The position numbers were made by a program, and so were the translations under genes. From Paraspadella gotoi (lineage: Eukaryota > Animalia > Chaetognatha), in NCBI GenBank assembly GCA_051294375.1, contig CM119263.1:15726532-15790531 (forward strand): a DNA stretch of 64,000 nt, given 5' to 3'. The stretch's first letter is position 1, and each line of letters starts with the position of its first letter. This document shows, one piece after another, positions 28,212-41,991 of this stretch. The notes under the pieces were generated by a model. That model made no database searches. It was given only the letters and a program-made list of their open reading frames with translations, and had not been told where the DNA came from.

Positions 28212-28328
28212 AATTTAAAAATAAATGCGTCAATGTTCGAGCTTAGCGGAGGCTTCTGAATCTAAAATGAATTCAACTTCCTCAGTTTTAAGAATTTTAA
28301 AAATAAATACGTCAATGATCGAGCTTAG
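28212..28328. repeat. 36-bp direct repeat
   Basis: AATTTAAAAATAAAT(G/A)CGTCAATG(T/A)TCGAGCTTAGC at about 28212 and 28293. Confidence 0.7.
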
Positions 28329-28659
28329 CAATGTTGGTGTAAAAATTAAATTTTGTAACGGAACGCGGCTCCACGACGGCTGAAGCCACCGCAGTACGAC
28401 GGAGGCGACCGCACCTGCCGAGGAAATATTCCGAAAAGGTCATCGAAAATCGAGAACGACGATACCGACGAAGACAATATGTGACGATGACGACGATGAC
28501 GGCCGCGTGAAAACGGCAACCAGGTGGCGTTAAAAAATGGGATGTTCCGAACTCCGAAGTCTCCCGACCGAAGAGAGGACGGGAGGGAAAGCGAGGTGAA
28601 AAGTTTTGGCCTTTGAATGTGATTTTCGTGAAGGGGCAGGGAAAGTGTCATGATGTTCG

Positions 28660-28660
<1 letters not shown>

Positions 28661-28713
<53 letters not shown>

Positions 28714-28730
28714 TATAGATATATAGATAT

Positions 28731-28818
<88 letters not shown>
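28661..28818. repeat. (AGAT)n/(AGAC)n microsatellite
   Basis: Directly visible. Confidence 0.97.
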
Positions 28819-28819
<1 letters not shown>

Positions 28820-29460
28820 GACAGAGAGAGGGGAACCACGTTCGTGGGACGATTAGTGAGAGTTTGAAGATCGGTCCCGGGCCAATTGGCTCGAGTTGGA
28901 ATATCGTGGGAAGGGCGGTCGAGTGGAGCGAGAGAGAGTCAGAGGCGGAAGAGAGAGAAAAAACCGGGAAGGTCCACAAGGGGGCTCACGCGCCGCCAAC
29001 GAGGGACGCACCGCAAAAGGTCATCGATGACAAAAAAACAGCTTTTCATTTGTTTTTTGGGGTTTTTTTCCCCCCGAGTCGCGTTTTTGCGTAGGGTAAA
29101 CCGATAAAATAAATGAATAAAAACTGGAGGTTGGAATGACCAAATTCCCGTTTCCCAAACTAATTAGATATTTTGGCATAAATTGACATCATGCCGGTTC
29201 AACAAAAAAGCTTCTTAAAATTTTTAGAATTATATTGTTTCTTAAAGTATCATGAGCTGTTTTGAGTGATTGTTAATTTAAAGGAGAAACAGGTTTAAAC
29301 TTTAAAGGCTAATTTCGAACTATTAAGGTTTAGGAGTGTTTAGACGTTTGAGCGTTTGAGACGACGAATTGATTGGAAGAGATAAATCGGGTTAAATTTT
29401 AGGATGAGTAAAGTGGTTGAGATTAGGGGAGAGGTTAGGGAACGAGTTGACTCAAAAGAC

Positions 29461-29509
<49 letters not shown>

Positions 29510-29849
29510 CCGGATGGTAAGGAAATCAGGTCACGGAACGAAGCGCACTCGTTCTTTCGAGTGGATCATGGAAAGGATAATGAGAGGGAGGGATAAGAGG
29601 CCCCACTTCTCTATCTCTCTCTCTCTCACTCACTCTCTCTCTATGCCTTTCTTGTCAAGAACCAATACGTTTTCTTTTTCTCTCATTCTCCCTCTCCTCT
29701 TTTTTATTAGATTTATTTTCAACTCATTTTTCAACATTTGCTATCTCACTCTCTCTTCCTTACTCTTTCCTCTTTTCCTCTTACTCTATCCTCTTTATTT
29801 TGCTCATTACTTTTTATCTTTTCATTTTCACACCATTTCGTCTTCATCC

Positions 29850-29914
<65 letters not shown>

Positions 29915-31790
29915 CTCTCTTCCCTTACCCTCTGTCTCTCTATTTTTTTTCCTTCCACTACTCCCTCTCTCTCTCTCTCTCTGACAACCACAAATATACG
30001 AGAAGAGGCGCAGCTGGCTTCCCGATTTCTTCACCCCCCCTCATATATTTAAAACTAAACGGAGTGAAAAGCGTTAAAATTTAACGCGCGTTGTTAAAAA
30101 GCCGAACGCAATCCACGCCAATCAAAAAGGAAGAAGGAAAGAGTGAGAAAAAGCATATATCTTTTAATTCTCTTGATGCGTCGCTCTTGGGTTGGCCTTT
30201 TGTTTGGGGCCAAAATCTGTTTTTTGATTATGTATTTGTATCACTAGACTCGTCTTTCTTGTCTGTTACTTTGTTTCCGAATGAATAAGAAAGTAATCTG
30301 AATGAGAAATAAAATAATCCGTTTATACTTAAAGCTGGCAATGAAATAAAACCCGAAGTTTCTGTTTCAGTTTCAGTATAATTTTATCAACTGCCACGGT
30401 TAAACAATATGACACCCCGGGCAATAGGAAATGACACTAGGACAAGTTTTTGCTCGTCAACCAGCTTTCTCACTAAAATTTTCTGTATAATTACGATGCC
30501 TTACCTTTCACCTTCCCGTACTTACCACACTAAAAAAAAAAGGTTCGTTGAAAGGCCGTAAAGTTTTAGTGACGCGATGGCAAAAAAAATTCGGTTACTC
30601 GACGAAACCAAAGGCGACGAATGCATCGAAGCTGATTTATTTTTGAGGCTTTTTCCCTTGGGCAAGCTGAAAGGGGAAAAGCTGAAAGAGAAAGGCAGAA
30701 AGGGAGAAAGCAAATTGGGGGGTAATCGGTAATCCGGTAAGGGGGGAAAGCTTAAAGGGGAAGGGCAGAGTAAAAAGTCTGCGAAAAGATGGTGGGTAGG
30801 ATAACGGGTGGAAGAGAAAAAGAGGAAGGGCGGCGCGCGGCAGGAACAGGGAAAAAACGTGGAGAGGAGACACAGACGAGGTTTTTTGGCGGAGGTAAGT
30901 CCAAAAGGGGGCAACGGGCGGGGAAAGCGTAAACTGAGGGGAAATCAGGCAGAGAGCGGTGTCGCTGGTTCCGAGCTTTTAAAGGTAACGAGGTGCGAAC
31001 ACAGACGCGTTAAAAGTTGGCACAATTATATCCCCGAGTTAGTTTCTGCATAATGTACAAAGCCGGATTTTTAAGAGCTTTTTTTGCATAGACTACAAGT
31101 CGGGGTTTTTTTTAACGGCTATTTAAATCATGTCTGCGACTTAAACCAGACAAATTTTAGTTAGACTTGATGTCTGCTGGCGTGTGTACGTCATCATTGA
31201 TCATGAAAAAAAAATTCTGATAATTTTGTTAGTTTTGCTACACACGTGTTAAAAAAATAATGAGTTCTAATTGAAAACAAAAACGACTGATGCAATCAGA
31301 AGAACTCCTTTAATTGTCACTAAGTAAAAGCGACTAAACAGCAGGCGGTCGCTTCCCGCTTCACGTTTCTGCATAATGTTAACCCAAAGTTTTATCACTT
31401 TTGTTTGTCGCTCGGTTAACAGAAACCGCAATGAACCCTTCCTTTCCTTTAGTAAAAGTTTTACGGTCTCTCTCTCTTTCCAACCTGCCCCGAGTGAGCG
31501 CCCTCGCCTCACCAGTGACGCTCCTGTCTCTACCCCAGCTATATCCTTCTCTCTCAACCCTCACGAGTCACCATATCCGCTTCAGGGAATCGAGTCTTCA
31601 GCATTGTTGACGACGCTATCTTTTTTTTTCAAAGGACGAGCTCCGCCGGTCGTAAGGACAACGAATTCCACCATAGTTTTTTCGTTAACGACGGTACATA
31701 AGTAAATCGTAATTTCATGTCGTGTACTATGTCTTACAGATACCAATTTCATATAATATAAACTATTATGGTGGACTAAATTGTTCATCC

Positions 31791-31862
31791 GCGGCCATTG
31801 GTGCCGGAGGCAAGTAATTCGCCTCCCAACCCGAAGGTCCGGGATTCTAGCCCGGTGGTCGC
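31791..31862 (+). pseudogene. tRNA-like sequence (tRNA pseudogene or SINE head; CCC at the anticodon position)
   Basis: 72 nt long, with acceptor stem GCGGCCA/TGGTCGC, A-box-like TGGTGCCGGAGG, TTCG..CGAA arm around the loop CTCCCAA and degenerate B box GGATTCTAGCCC. A GC-rich body of about 80 bp follows in an AT-rich context. Confidence 0.6.
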
Positions 31863-32302
31863 CTAGCAGTTAAGAGGGACGGGGCGCTTTACCCGCCTGT
31901 AACATGGTGTTACAGTCTGATCCGAAGCTCGGGGACTGCTTAATGCTTATATTAGTGCTTATATTGAACGGTTCTGTCACTAACTCATAACAATAATTAC
32001 TGTCTCTTCACTATCTAATTTTGGTAGCTTTTCATTCGTTTCGTTGTGGTTTTTAATTTATATTTTTAAAATGTTTTTCGTCATAAAATTAATGCAACCA
32101 ATATATTAATTGTCCATTCGTTTGGTAAATAAGTTATCTTGCCCTTTAATGCAAGGAAAATAACTTTTTATTTTTGCTTACATGTTTCAATCTAATTTTG
32201 GGTCTTCATCTTCGCTTCATCTTCCCTTGACACATAAATAATGAACGCATAAATGAAAACTTTTCAGTTTTGTTTTTAATTTCCATTTTTATATCTCTAA
32301 AC

Positions 32303-32473
32303 TTAGAACAAAGTTTGAAGAGAGATTTAACAACGATTTTTATTTCATAGTGAAACGGACATGTTTCGACTCACATACGAGTCTTTTTCAGCGCCAATTC
32401 AATTTGTGAATTTGAAACTTCTTCAAACTTTGTTCTAAATCAAATCACAACGAAACAGAAAGGAAAAAACACA
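32303..32473 (-). mobile_element. Short Penelope-type fold-back insertion with a minimal hammerhead motif
   Basis: 12-bp TSD ATATCTCTAAAC (32291-32302 and 32474-32485). Inverted arms TAGAACAAAGTTTGAAG/CTTCAAACTTTGTTCTA. Carries the family motif CAACGATTTTTATTT. Confidence 0.7.
32355..32394 (-). ncRNA. Minimal type I hammerhead ribozyme-like motif (one core substitution)
   Basis: The minus strand reads GCG-CTGAAAA-A-GACTC-gtatgt-GAGTC-GAAAC-AT-GTC-CGT. Stem II is perfect, stem III is the palindrome ACATGT, and there is a GUC cleavage triplet and a short stem I. The core is CUGAAAA instead of CUGANGA. Confidence 0.6.
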
Positions 32474-33416
32474 ATATCTCTAAACCTATAATTGACCTCA
32501 GTTATTCTCAAAAAGTGAGCATTGTCCATTCCGACCATAATTTCGTTGACTGTCTCAGTTTTCTTCTCAAACATCATCAAAAGCGACGACGACGACGGCA
32601 ACGACGACGACGACGGAGTGAAAAACCCCGACGCCATTACCGTTCATGGTTTCATCGGCCTTTTTCTTTTCTTCTCTCGCGAATCGTGGGAGGTTTTCTT
32701 GTTTTTGAAGATCAATATCGATTTTTTCCAGTTGTTGTTGTTGTCGTTGTCGTCCTTCTCGTCGATGTCGTCGGTGGTCGGTCTTGTTTTTCGCGGATAT
32801 TGTTCGAGATGTCAACCTCGATGCTGTTATTGACATCGTCACCCCGAGTTCCTCGCAGTTTCTTTATTATGAGTCGATTTTATGTTGTCGTCGTCGTCGT
32901 CGTCGTTGTCTTTTTCGTCTTAGTCGTTGTTGTTGCTGTCGAACCTTTTGTAAGAATAAACTCTCTTATCCGCTGAGCTTCGGCAAATAAAAGTGCATCG
33001 CACTTTGTTTACGTAGTAAAAGATAGTTTCTTCTCTCTGACATTTTTCGTTATTTTTATCGTCAGTGTACGTAATGTAATGTAACGTAATGTAGTCGTCG
33101 TTGTGGTTTTTGTCATCGTGATCGTCGTCTTCGACTAAGTTGTTGTTCGTCTTTTTCCGGTTGCTGCTTATTAGGGTGGACCGTAGAGTGATGAAAAGAA
33201 TAAGCGAGTTAACAATATTTATTCGCTGCCATCCGTATATACAATTAATGAAAATCATGGATTTTTTTTAAAAAAATTTGCATAACAGTAGCGCAAATTG
33301 TATTTTCTTTATGAAATATCGTGTATAAATTGTAATATTTCAAAGTTATTTTTTAAAAATTTTGATTATACATTCGGATTCGTAAAAAAAAAAGAAATTT
33401 TAACTTTATATGAGAA

Positions 33417-33639
33417 AACAAAGTTTGTTTTGTTTGTAAACAACGATTTTTAATTCACACACAATTGGGGCAATGTTTCGGCTCTTGCCTTTAAGCCTTC
33501 ATCAGCCTTCATCAGGCTTAAAGGCAAGAGCCGAAACATGCCCCAATTGTGAATAAAAATCGTTGTTTACAAACAAACAAACTTGTTTTCTCTAAATAAT
33601 TAAAAATACAACGAAAAAAGAAAGAGGAAATAATATAAT
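33417..33639. mobile_element. Penelope-type palindromic insertion with a hammerhead core
   Basis: Near-perfect hairpin at 33412-33592. 15-bp TSD AACTTTATATGAGAA (33402-33416 and 33640-33654). The minus strand at 33466-33508 reads CTGATGA-A-GGCTT..AGAGCC-GAAAC, with a degenerate cleavage triplet. Confidence 0.75.
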
Positions 33640-34527
33640 AACTTTATATGAGAATCTGAATCTTTAATAAAGATTTAAAAAAAATTATTTTGAAAATTTC
33701 TCATTTTATAAGGATAATACTATAAATATTATTTTATTTTCCCTTTCTGTTCCCAAAACAATATGACCAAATTACATTTTTATTCGATAATTAAACTATC
33801 TCGCGTAAAAATATAATTGTCAACTTGTCTCAAATCAATTTTTTGTTCTCAAGAGCTCCACTCTACTGCTTATGGTTTTCGCTTTTCGGTTGCAGCAACT
33901 TTTTTTTTCTTTTCCTATTTTTTTCTGGCGATGTTTTTTTCTCCTGGCAGCCCACGACTTCGAAGCTCGTCTTTCTTCTCTCTTTCCTTTTTTTCCCCTT
34001 CTTTTTTATTTCTACTTATTTTCTTTCCTTTATTCCTTTCCCCCTTTTTTTTCTTTTCCAAATTCCTTGGGTTTTTTTTTAACCTTTCCATTTCAAATCT
34101 TTCGCATGACGAAGACTATCAGTATTCTGTGAGAGAGAGTGAGATAGAGAGGAAGAAATAAAGCAAGAGAGATAGATTTACGGACAGGTCGATGACAGAG
34201 TCGCAGACAGACGGAAAAGCAGACAGATGAAAGCGGGCTGAATAATCCGGAGCAGATGCCTTCATAACAAGGAGATGCCGCACCATAAAGGAGAAGAGGC
34301 AGTGACGTCGTGATGTCGCGACATCTGGACAAAAGCGTCATCGGCGGCGCGACCGACGGCGCCACCGGCGGCGCCACCGGCAGTTGCCTTGATTTGTGGC
34401 TCAGTAAACAAAAGGCCGGAGACGCGAGACTCGATCGCGGCGACGTAGGGTCAGGAGTGGAAGAGAGGTTAAGCATTAAGGGGCTTATCGAAGTAGTGCG
34501 TTTGACTAGTGACTACGCTCTCTGGAT

Positions 34528-34582
<55 letters not shown>

Positions 34583-35002
34583 GAGGCCGGTTTTTAATAG
34601 CTCCTCAACTTCGGTTTGAATTAATATCGCGTTTAGGAAACGTTGGTTCATTTCCCATGTAGATTACATGCAAATTTTAAGAGATTCTTGAGATTTTTCA
34701 AGTTGAGCAAACTGTCTTGAAAATTTTTCTTCCAGCGATGATTTGAGTTTGTTTACAAAGTTTTAAAATCGGGCAACGCGGGTTGTCGTCCGCGTTTGAA
34801 CGATTTAATCATTAAATAAACTGGGAGCATATAGATTATAGTATTTGTTCGGATTTTTCAAATAATCGATTAACGTTGCCAAGTTTTGAACTCCGTCGAG
34901 TCTTTGCCGAACGTCGCCTTGTTGCATTCGATGACTTTAAGTGCCCGACAGGAGAAAAAGGTTTTACGTCTTGCGAAGACGATCGTGAATCTCTCTCTCT
35001 CT

Positions 35003-35063
<61 letters not shown>

Positions 35064-35528
35064 TTCTGTTTTAACTCACTAAAGGGAAAGCTTAGGAGTC
35101 AATGGCAGAAATAAACAGAAATCCCCACTCCTTTTCACCGATGCGGTCGCCGCCTCTCTCACAGCCACCGCAGCCACCGCCGCAGTAACTGCAGCAGCCA
35201 CCGCAGCAGCTTTCGCCGCTTCCCTCACCTCCTCCACCGTCGCAACCGAGGCGACGACGGCGTCAGCGTTAAATGCGTAAATTCTTTACGCTTTTCGCCG
35301 TAAAAAATTCAGATAAGATTTTTGGGCAGCTGCACTTTCCTTTCCTGGATTAAGTTTTTGGAAGAGATCTTATGCTCTACATACTTTTTTCTTTTTTTTC
35401 TTTTTTGCAGATCGTAGGATTTCCTCGGAGCATTTCTCCATCCCCTACCAGGCACCTCTTCTTAACCACCGCTCTTTGGTTTCTTCGGTTTGATTTTGCT
35501 TCTTTTGCATCTCAACGTGTTCACTGAT

Positions 35529-35658
35529 ATTGATTGATTGATTGATTGACTGATTGCTTGATTGATTGATGATTATTGATGATTGATTGATTGATTGATT
35601 TATTTATTTATTATTTATTTATTTATTTATTTATTTATATTTATTTATTTATTTATAT

Positions 35659-35701
<43 letters not shown>

Positions 35702-35710
35702 TTTTATTTA
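35529..35710. repeat. (ATTG)n followed by (ATTT)n microsatellite
   Basis: Directly visible. Confidence 0.95.
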
Positions 35711-36149
35711 TTAATTGATTACAGTTCTTTTCGCTGTTTGATGTTCTTTCTGTTCATTTGTTTATTGGCACAAGGTCGTCGTCGTCGTTTCTCTCGTTTT
35801 TTTTCTCCCTACTTTTTATGTTTCGAAAAGCTTCGATTAACCTTTTGTTTCCCCTTTTCTTTTTTCGTTTCTTTCTTCGCCGCCAGGGGGATCGCCTGAG
35901 TCGCCAATGGCCTCAACGACGAGTGATTAAGAGTTTACGCCTCTCGCGAGACGTCACGTCGCCGAGGGAACAGTAAAGAAAGTCGAAGAAAACTCACCTG
36001 AGTTAAAGGAGGGGGAGATTCGTTAAAGTAACCCACTCGCTTTTATGAGTAAAGGGAATTAATGGAACTAACCTCTATGCACGAGAGCACTGAGCAATCG
36101 GGGGAAATGTTTTTATTTTTTTGCCATCGCTCTTCTCTGCTCTTTCGTT

Positions 36150-36545
36150 CTTTCTTTTTTTCTTTTCTTTTCTTTCTTTTTCTTTTTTTCTTTTTTCTTC
36201 TTTTTTCATTTTTTTTTTTCTTTTTTTTCTTTTTTCTTTTTTCTCTTTTTCTTCTTTTTCTTTTTTTCTTCTTTTTCTTTTTCTTTTTTTCTTTTTTTTC
36301 TTTTTTTCTTTTTTTCTTTTTTTCTCTTTTTCTTTTTTCTTTTTTCTTTTTTTTTCTTTTTTTTCTTTTTTCTTTTTCTTTCTTTTTTTTTTTTGGTTTC
36401 TTTCTTTCTTTCTTTCTTTTTTCTTTTTTCTTTCTCTTTCTTCTTTTTTCTTTCTTTCTTTCTTTCTTTCTTCTTTCTTTCTTTCTTTCCTTTCTTTCTT
36501 CTTTCCTTTCTTTCTTCTTTCTTTCTTTCTTTCTTTCTCTCTCTC
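36150..36545. repeat. Polypyrimidine (TTTC-type) low-complexity tract
   Basis: Directly visible. Confidence 0.95.
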
Positions 36546-38132
36546 CGTCGCCTGATTCAAGTATAAGTCGGAACCGCGGGCGGAGTTGAATTATTAAAAT
36601 GGCGATCTCGCGAGATGTCGCGGCGAAACACAAATCGTCGGAACAAAAGGCGATAAACGAAGATTGACCTTTGCCCGTTAAAGCAAAAACAAATGGGTCT
36701 CCCGAGTTCCATCCTACCATAATTTAATCAACGATGAATTTCATTAACGGACACGAAACTATGTATACAAACTGGAACATAAACATATTGAAATTTTAGT
36801 TAAACTGTGACAAGAAAACGAAAATACCTATAACGAAGTATATTATTTCTTGTATTAAAAGAAGAATGTTATATTTTACAATTACCAACTTTCAGTTACA
36901 TATATTTAGTTCTCATCAAATCTCACGTGAGGAGATCCACTCAACTCCCTTCGTAGCCGCAGACCGAATCTCTTCCCACAGGGGGCGGATTTTTGTCCGA
37001 GGCCGTGGAGCCGACTGCTTTCTCAGGTCATCCTGCTCTTTTACGCGGACGCCCCCCCCCAGATTTCAGACGAACCCCTTGAGGGAGTCACAAACGTGAA
37101 AGGGTCAACGCTTCCGTCGCTTCTATGTAGGATTTAACAATGGCGATCATTCTCTTCCTTTCTTGTAAATCGGTAAAAACCCTCCGTCAGAATTTCCATT
37201 CGGCCAGTGAGATCTTTGACGATGGAATGTTATGATTGAAACATAATCATTAAACTTTAACGCTTTCTCATTAAGGGAGATAGTTTTATTTGTCAAAAGA
37301 GACTCGAATTATGATTATGCATAAGTGATGAGTTGATTCGCTCATCAGTCGATCGAGGAAAACATTTTCCTCTTTGCGTTGATTCGAAGAGAGAAAAAAA
37401 AACCCTGGCGCGATTCGTCTCAAGACGATCATGATTCTTTATATTCACCGCATGACTTTGCGACGGGACTCGCGTCAAAACTTGCGTCGCGGCCCGCGTC
37501 ACAAGCCCCGCCACGGCTCGCGTCACGGCCAACGTCACGGGCCAAGAAAAGTCTACCCTTTTTCTTTCTTTAACTCTCGCAGAGCGGAAAAAAAATTTGG
37601 ATTAGAAAATTTTATTTAAAAAATAATTTTTGTATGTACATTCTTGCGGGGTCCTATTTAATCTAGTTCCCAACGGTTAGAACCTCCGAAACCTCCAATA
37701 TGCCTGATATTAGTTATTTTTCTTTTTCGTTCCAAGCAATTAAGAACCGATCTTTTATTAATACTCTTAGAGAAAACCTATGACCCTTTCCTCCAAAATT
37801 TGTCGCTTTCTTTCTAAATTCCCTCCTTTCCTCTCTCCTTTCCACTCTCTTTCCCCTTTTCCATTTCCTCCTAATTCTTCCTTTCCTCTCCAGTTTTTTT
37901 TTCCTTTCCTGCCCTTTTCCTCCCAACCTCCTCGTCTTTTGATCCAAATCCTCTCGCCTTTCGTCCACAACATCTCGCTTCAATCTTCTTCTTTAATATT
38001 TCACCGTCTGCTTTCCCTGCGCTTTTTTATCTCCTACAATAACATTTCGTCGCGTTGAATATTTGAAAAGGGATTTTCTTGCGCGCGAGCGTCTTTTGGC
38101 ATTGTTAGCTCCTTCTCCCTTTCTTTCTCTCT

Positions 38133-38221
<89 letters not shown>

Positions 38222-40132
38222 TTTTCAAAAAGACAAAAACTGAAAACAAAGCATCGCTGGGAGAACAAAAAGCCACGGGATTTTTAACGGAAGACAAAGA
38301 CGTGCTCAAAAGGCAGCGATGAAAACTAAAATGAAATAAAACTAAAAACAACTGGAGTCGAAAAACAAACAAAAACATATCGAGACTAAAAGAAAACAAA
38401 CGGTCAACGAAAAAAAAGATTAAAAAAACAGAACATCAGAAAGAAAAAAGAAAAGAAAAACACTTTCCAGGAGTCAATGAAAAAAAAGAAAAAAGAAAAA
38501 AACCATTGGGTTCCTTCGTCGGCGGAAAAGAAGAAAATCTCGCGCGGAGCGAATGAAAAATTATTCTCGTTTCGCGGAGTCGGCGTGGGCGTGGCGCGAG
38601 GAAGCCACGCCCACTTGGCGCCGGGGAAAGGTGGAAAGCTAGCAGAAGAGAAAGGTGGGAGAAAGGGAAAGGTGGGAGAAAGGGAAAGGTGGGAGAAAGG
38701 GAAAGGTGAGAAGGTGCGGAGGACGAGAATGAATCGGGCGATGAGAAATGTCTCCCGGAAACCGGGACTTCGGATTCGATTTTAAATGACAAACAAAAAA
38801 CAACAACAACAACAACAACAGCCCCTGGATTTTATGACGGACTACGTTTTCGATAAACCGGTTTGGGGATCTCGTAGTCTCGAATCATGTGCAACAACTC
38901 TTAGCTTTCAAGTTGATAAATCAAAACACAATTGACAAAAAAAAGACGATAAAAATCAAATTCAAACCACAAACGGAGCTATGATAAACCATAGTTTATA
39001 TATAATCGTGCAAATGTTGAAGGGAGACGAGAAAAAACAAACTACGGAGGCTAAAAGCTGCTAAAATAAGGAGGAAATTAGAGTATCGAGTGAGGAGATA
39101 TTCTCGAGCAAAAGAGCATCGCTTCATTTTCACAAGGAAAAGTAATTTAATTAACTTAAGGGTTTCTTCGATAATTTTATTACGCCAATTACAAGGGGAA
39201 ACTATTTTTAGGTAAATGTGGTTATAAAAATAGACAAGAATAAGTAAAGAAATAATGATTGATCGACAAACTAAATGTTTTAACCAGAAGGTTGTCGCTA
39301 AACCGCGGCGGTCATCAACGACCGCGGCACGCAGCAACGTTCGTGCCGTATCACAGCAACGGGGCCTGGCTACAACAGCAACAACAAGGCCGGTCCTCCT
39401 CTTTGCCAGGACGTAATCACTGGAGATGTTACGATCCGTTTCTGCATAAAACATCCGTTGATGACGCCCGAAGGGTTTTTTCCATCGGCCGATCGAGAAC
39501 GAAGGAGAGAAAAAATCTCTCTTCTCATTATTTACATGTTGATTGTTTTTTGTGTTTTTTTTTTTTCATCTTACCGTAGACTTGGAACATGCGTCTGTTT
39601 GTTTTTGTCATTTCTTACTTGAATCGTTAACTTCTTGAATAATGCATTTTATCTTAAGTTTTATTCGCTTATGCGCCTTATGAAGTTACCTATCTTTGCC
39701 TATTCATTGGATGTTGTTTCCCTGCAATGCAAAAACAAGAGAAATCATTAACTTTTCTTTTCGTTGAAATCACTTATAAAATTAATGGGATTTAAATTGT
39801 AATTAGTTGTAATAAAAATCATTAGCCGTATAAATTCGAGTTGAAAATATTATCGACCGTTTGAAATAGCTTTAGTTGGCTTCTCGGACAAGGCCATGCT
39901 TTGCAATCACTCAAAAAATTGCTTCCATTTTACGCTCATTTAGCAGGATGATGTTTTCGCAATCACTCAGCTGCTTGTTTGCTTCTCCAATCATTTCCGA
40001 GTCAGTTTTCCCTCTCTGCCTCGAGATAATGAAAGGAAAAAGATTGAGGAGGGCAAAAGGAAAGAATGAAAGAAAGAGAGATTTTGACAGAAAGAGGCCG
40101 ACAGAAATAGAGGCAGAGAAAGTGAGAGAGAG

Positions 40133-40220
<88 letters not shown>

Positions 40221-40409
40221 AGTTTTTATCGCTTTTGACCAAAATCTCTTTCATTTCGAGGATATAGACTCAAGCGAAAAAAAAAGTCTTATTACTCCGG
40301 AAAAATAAACGACAAGTATCCTCCGAAAAAGTCAGGGAATTTGTTTTTTCGGCCATTCGGTTTTGAGCGTCAAATAAATCCTCTCTCTCTCTCTCCTCTC
40401 TCTCTCTTC

Positions 40410-40447
<38 letters not shown>

Positions 40448-40980
40448 TGTCCGTCGTCCTCTTCCTCTCCTCTCTCTCATCGCGCAGCTAATTTTTCGGG
40501 CCAAATTCGGCCGGCGAGAGACTCGAAGGGGAATGAGATGGAATCAATTAATTCGGGCGAGAGCGGCGTTCCAGAGAAACGGCGCCGGTCTTTAATTCGA
40601 CGCCGGTCGCGAGTCGCCGGGCGTCAAAGGCCGGCGCGAGAAACGACTTTCGGTTTCGTTCGTCGCCGCTCGCGCCTTTGGAGATTAGGGCGCCCGGGGT
40701 TCGGGAATTGTATGCGGTTTCCGCGGGCGCCGCGAGACTTCCCGCGGTTTTGGCGACGCCGGCGAATCGCTACCCGGCTACTCTTTCTGGTTTTTGGGAG
40801 GCGGTAGCGCCTGTCGAGCTCATTTCCGTCGCCTGTTCATTTCGCCTTCGGCGCCTGTTAACTTAGTCAGTTGACTTCGTTAATCCAAACGGCGTCAGTT
40901 TCATTAGTTGATGTCGAGCAAGTAAACGTTTTTGCGAGCAAAATAAATAGCTTCGATAGAATTAGGTAAAATGATTTATC

Positions 40981-41072
<92 letters not shown>
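40981..41072. repeat. (AGAT)n microsatellite
   Basis: Directly visible. Confidence 0.97.
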
Positions 41073-41931
41073 TTCGAAAAGTATCAGAAGCAAGAAAGGA
41101 AACAGAAAAAAAAGAACAAGATCGAAGGAAAAAAATCCAAAAAACCAAAAGAACAAAAAAAAAAACTAAAAAACAAGAACGGTAATTCCAATGTGTTGCG
41201 CCTCAGTGACTTTATTTTAACTTTCATCACCTGTGTACTAATTATTGTGTGTACATGTAGTGTGATGTGCACTGCATCAAAATTCGTTTTTTATTCCTTA
41301 TAGTTTTAGGAATTCCTGAAGGCGACGCTAGCAGTCCCTTAGATTTGAGGTTTTTTCTGTCCAAATGAGCAACCAACCAGACATACCAACCGACCAACCA
41401 ACCGACCGAAAAATGACTTATAGAGTTGCTGGGAGAGTACTCCCGGCGCAACTAAAAAAAACAAACCAAGTCCCCGCGGCCGTGATGGATATTTTCTCTG
41501 CCTTTGACTTTTCGCTTTTCGGTTTTCCTCACCCTTTAGCGACGATGACGACGACGAAGTCACTGACCGCGACGACGTAGAATGACGAGGGACGCCAGAG
41601 TCAGAGGCCTCGACCAGTTTATAAATAATTGATACCCGCCTCGTCAGATCGTGATATTTTTTTATCAATGTGCTTGTAAAATATCCATGTACAAGAAATT
41701 CAGCATGAATTAAAATAATACCGGCATAATCATCAAAGGCTGAGGAGTTAGAAAACCGCCGACATATCGAACATATATCGACTTCCAACAACAAACTACA
41801 ACGACGACAACTCGACCATCATCCGGACGTGACGCCACCGAACGAAAGTGACGCGGCCGGGCGTCGCCTTTTTGACGCGGAATGACGTCGGTCATCTGAC
41901 GGATCCGTTGCGGAAGGAGAAGGGAGATAGA

Positions 41932-41991
<60 letters not shown>

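Noticed and set aside
35085-35470. Possible Ala/Thr-rich exon plus a short intron
   Set aside because: Joining at the apparent splice sites creates an immediate stop codon, so it is probably GCC/GCA-rich low-complexity DNA.
39288-39412. Possible internal exon (RLSLNRGGHQ...WLQQQQQG)
   Set aside because: The acceptor is plausible but the donor is weak, and there is no recognisable homology.
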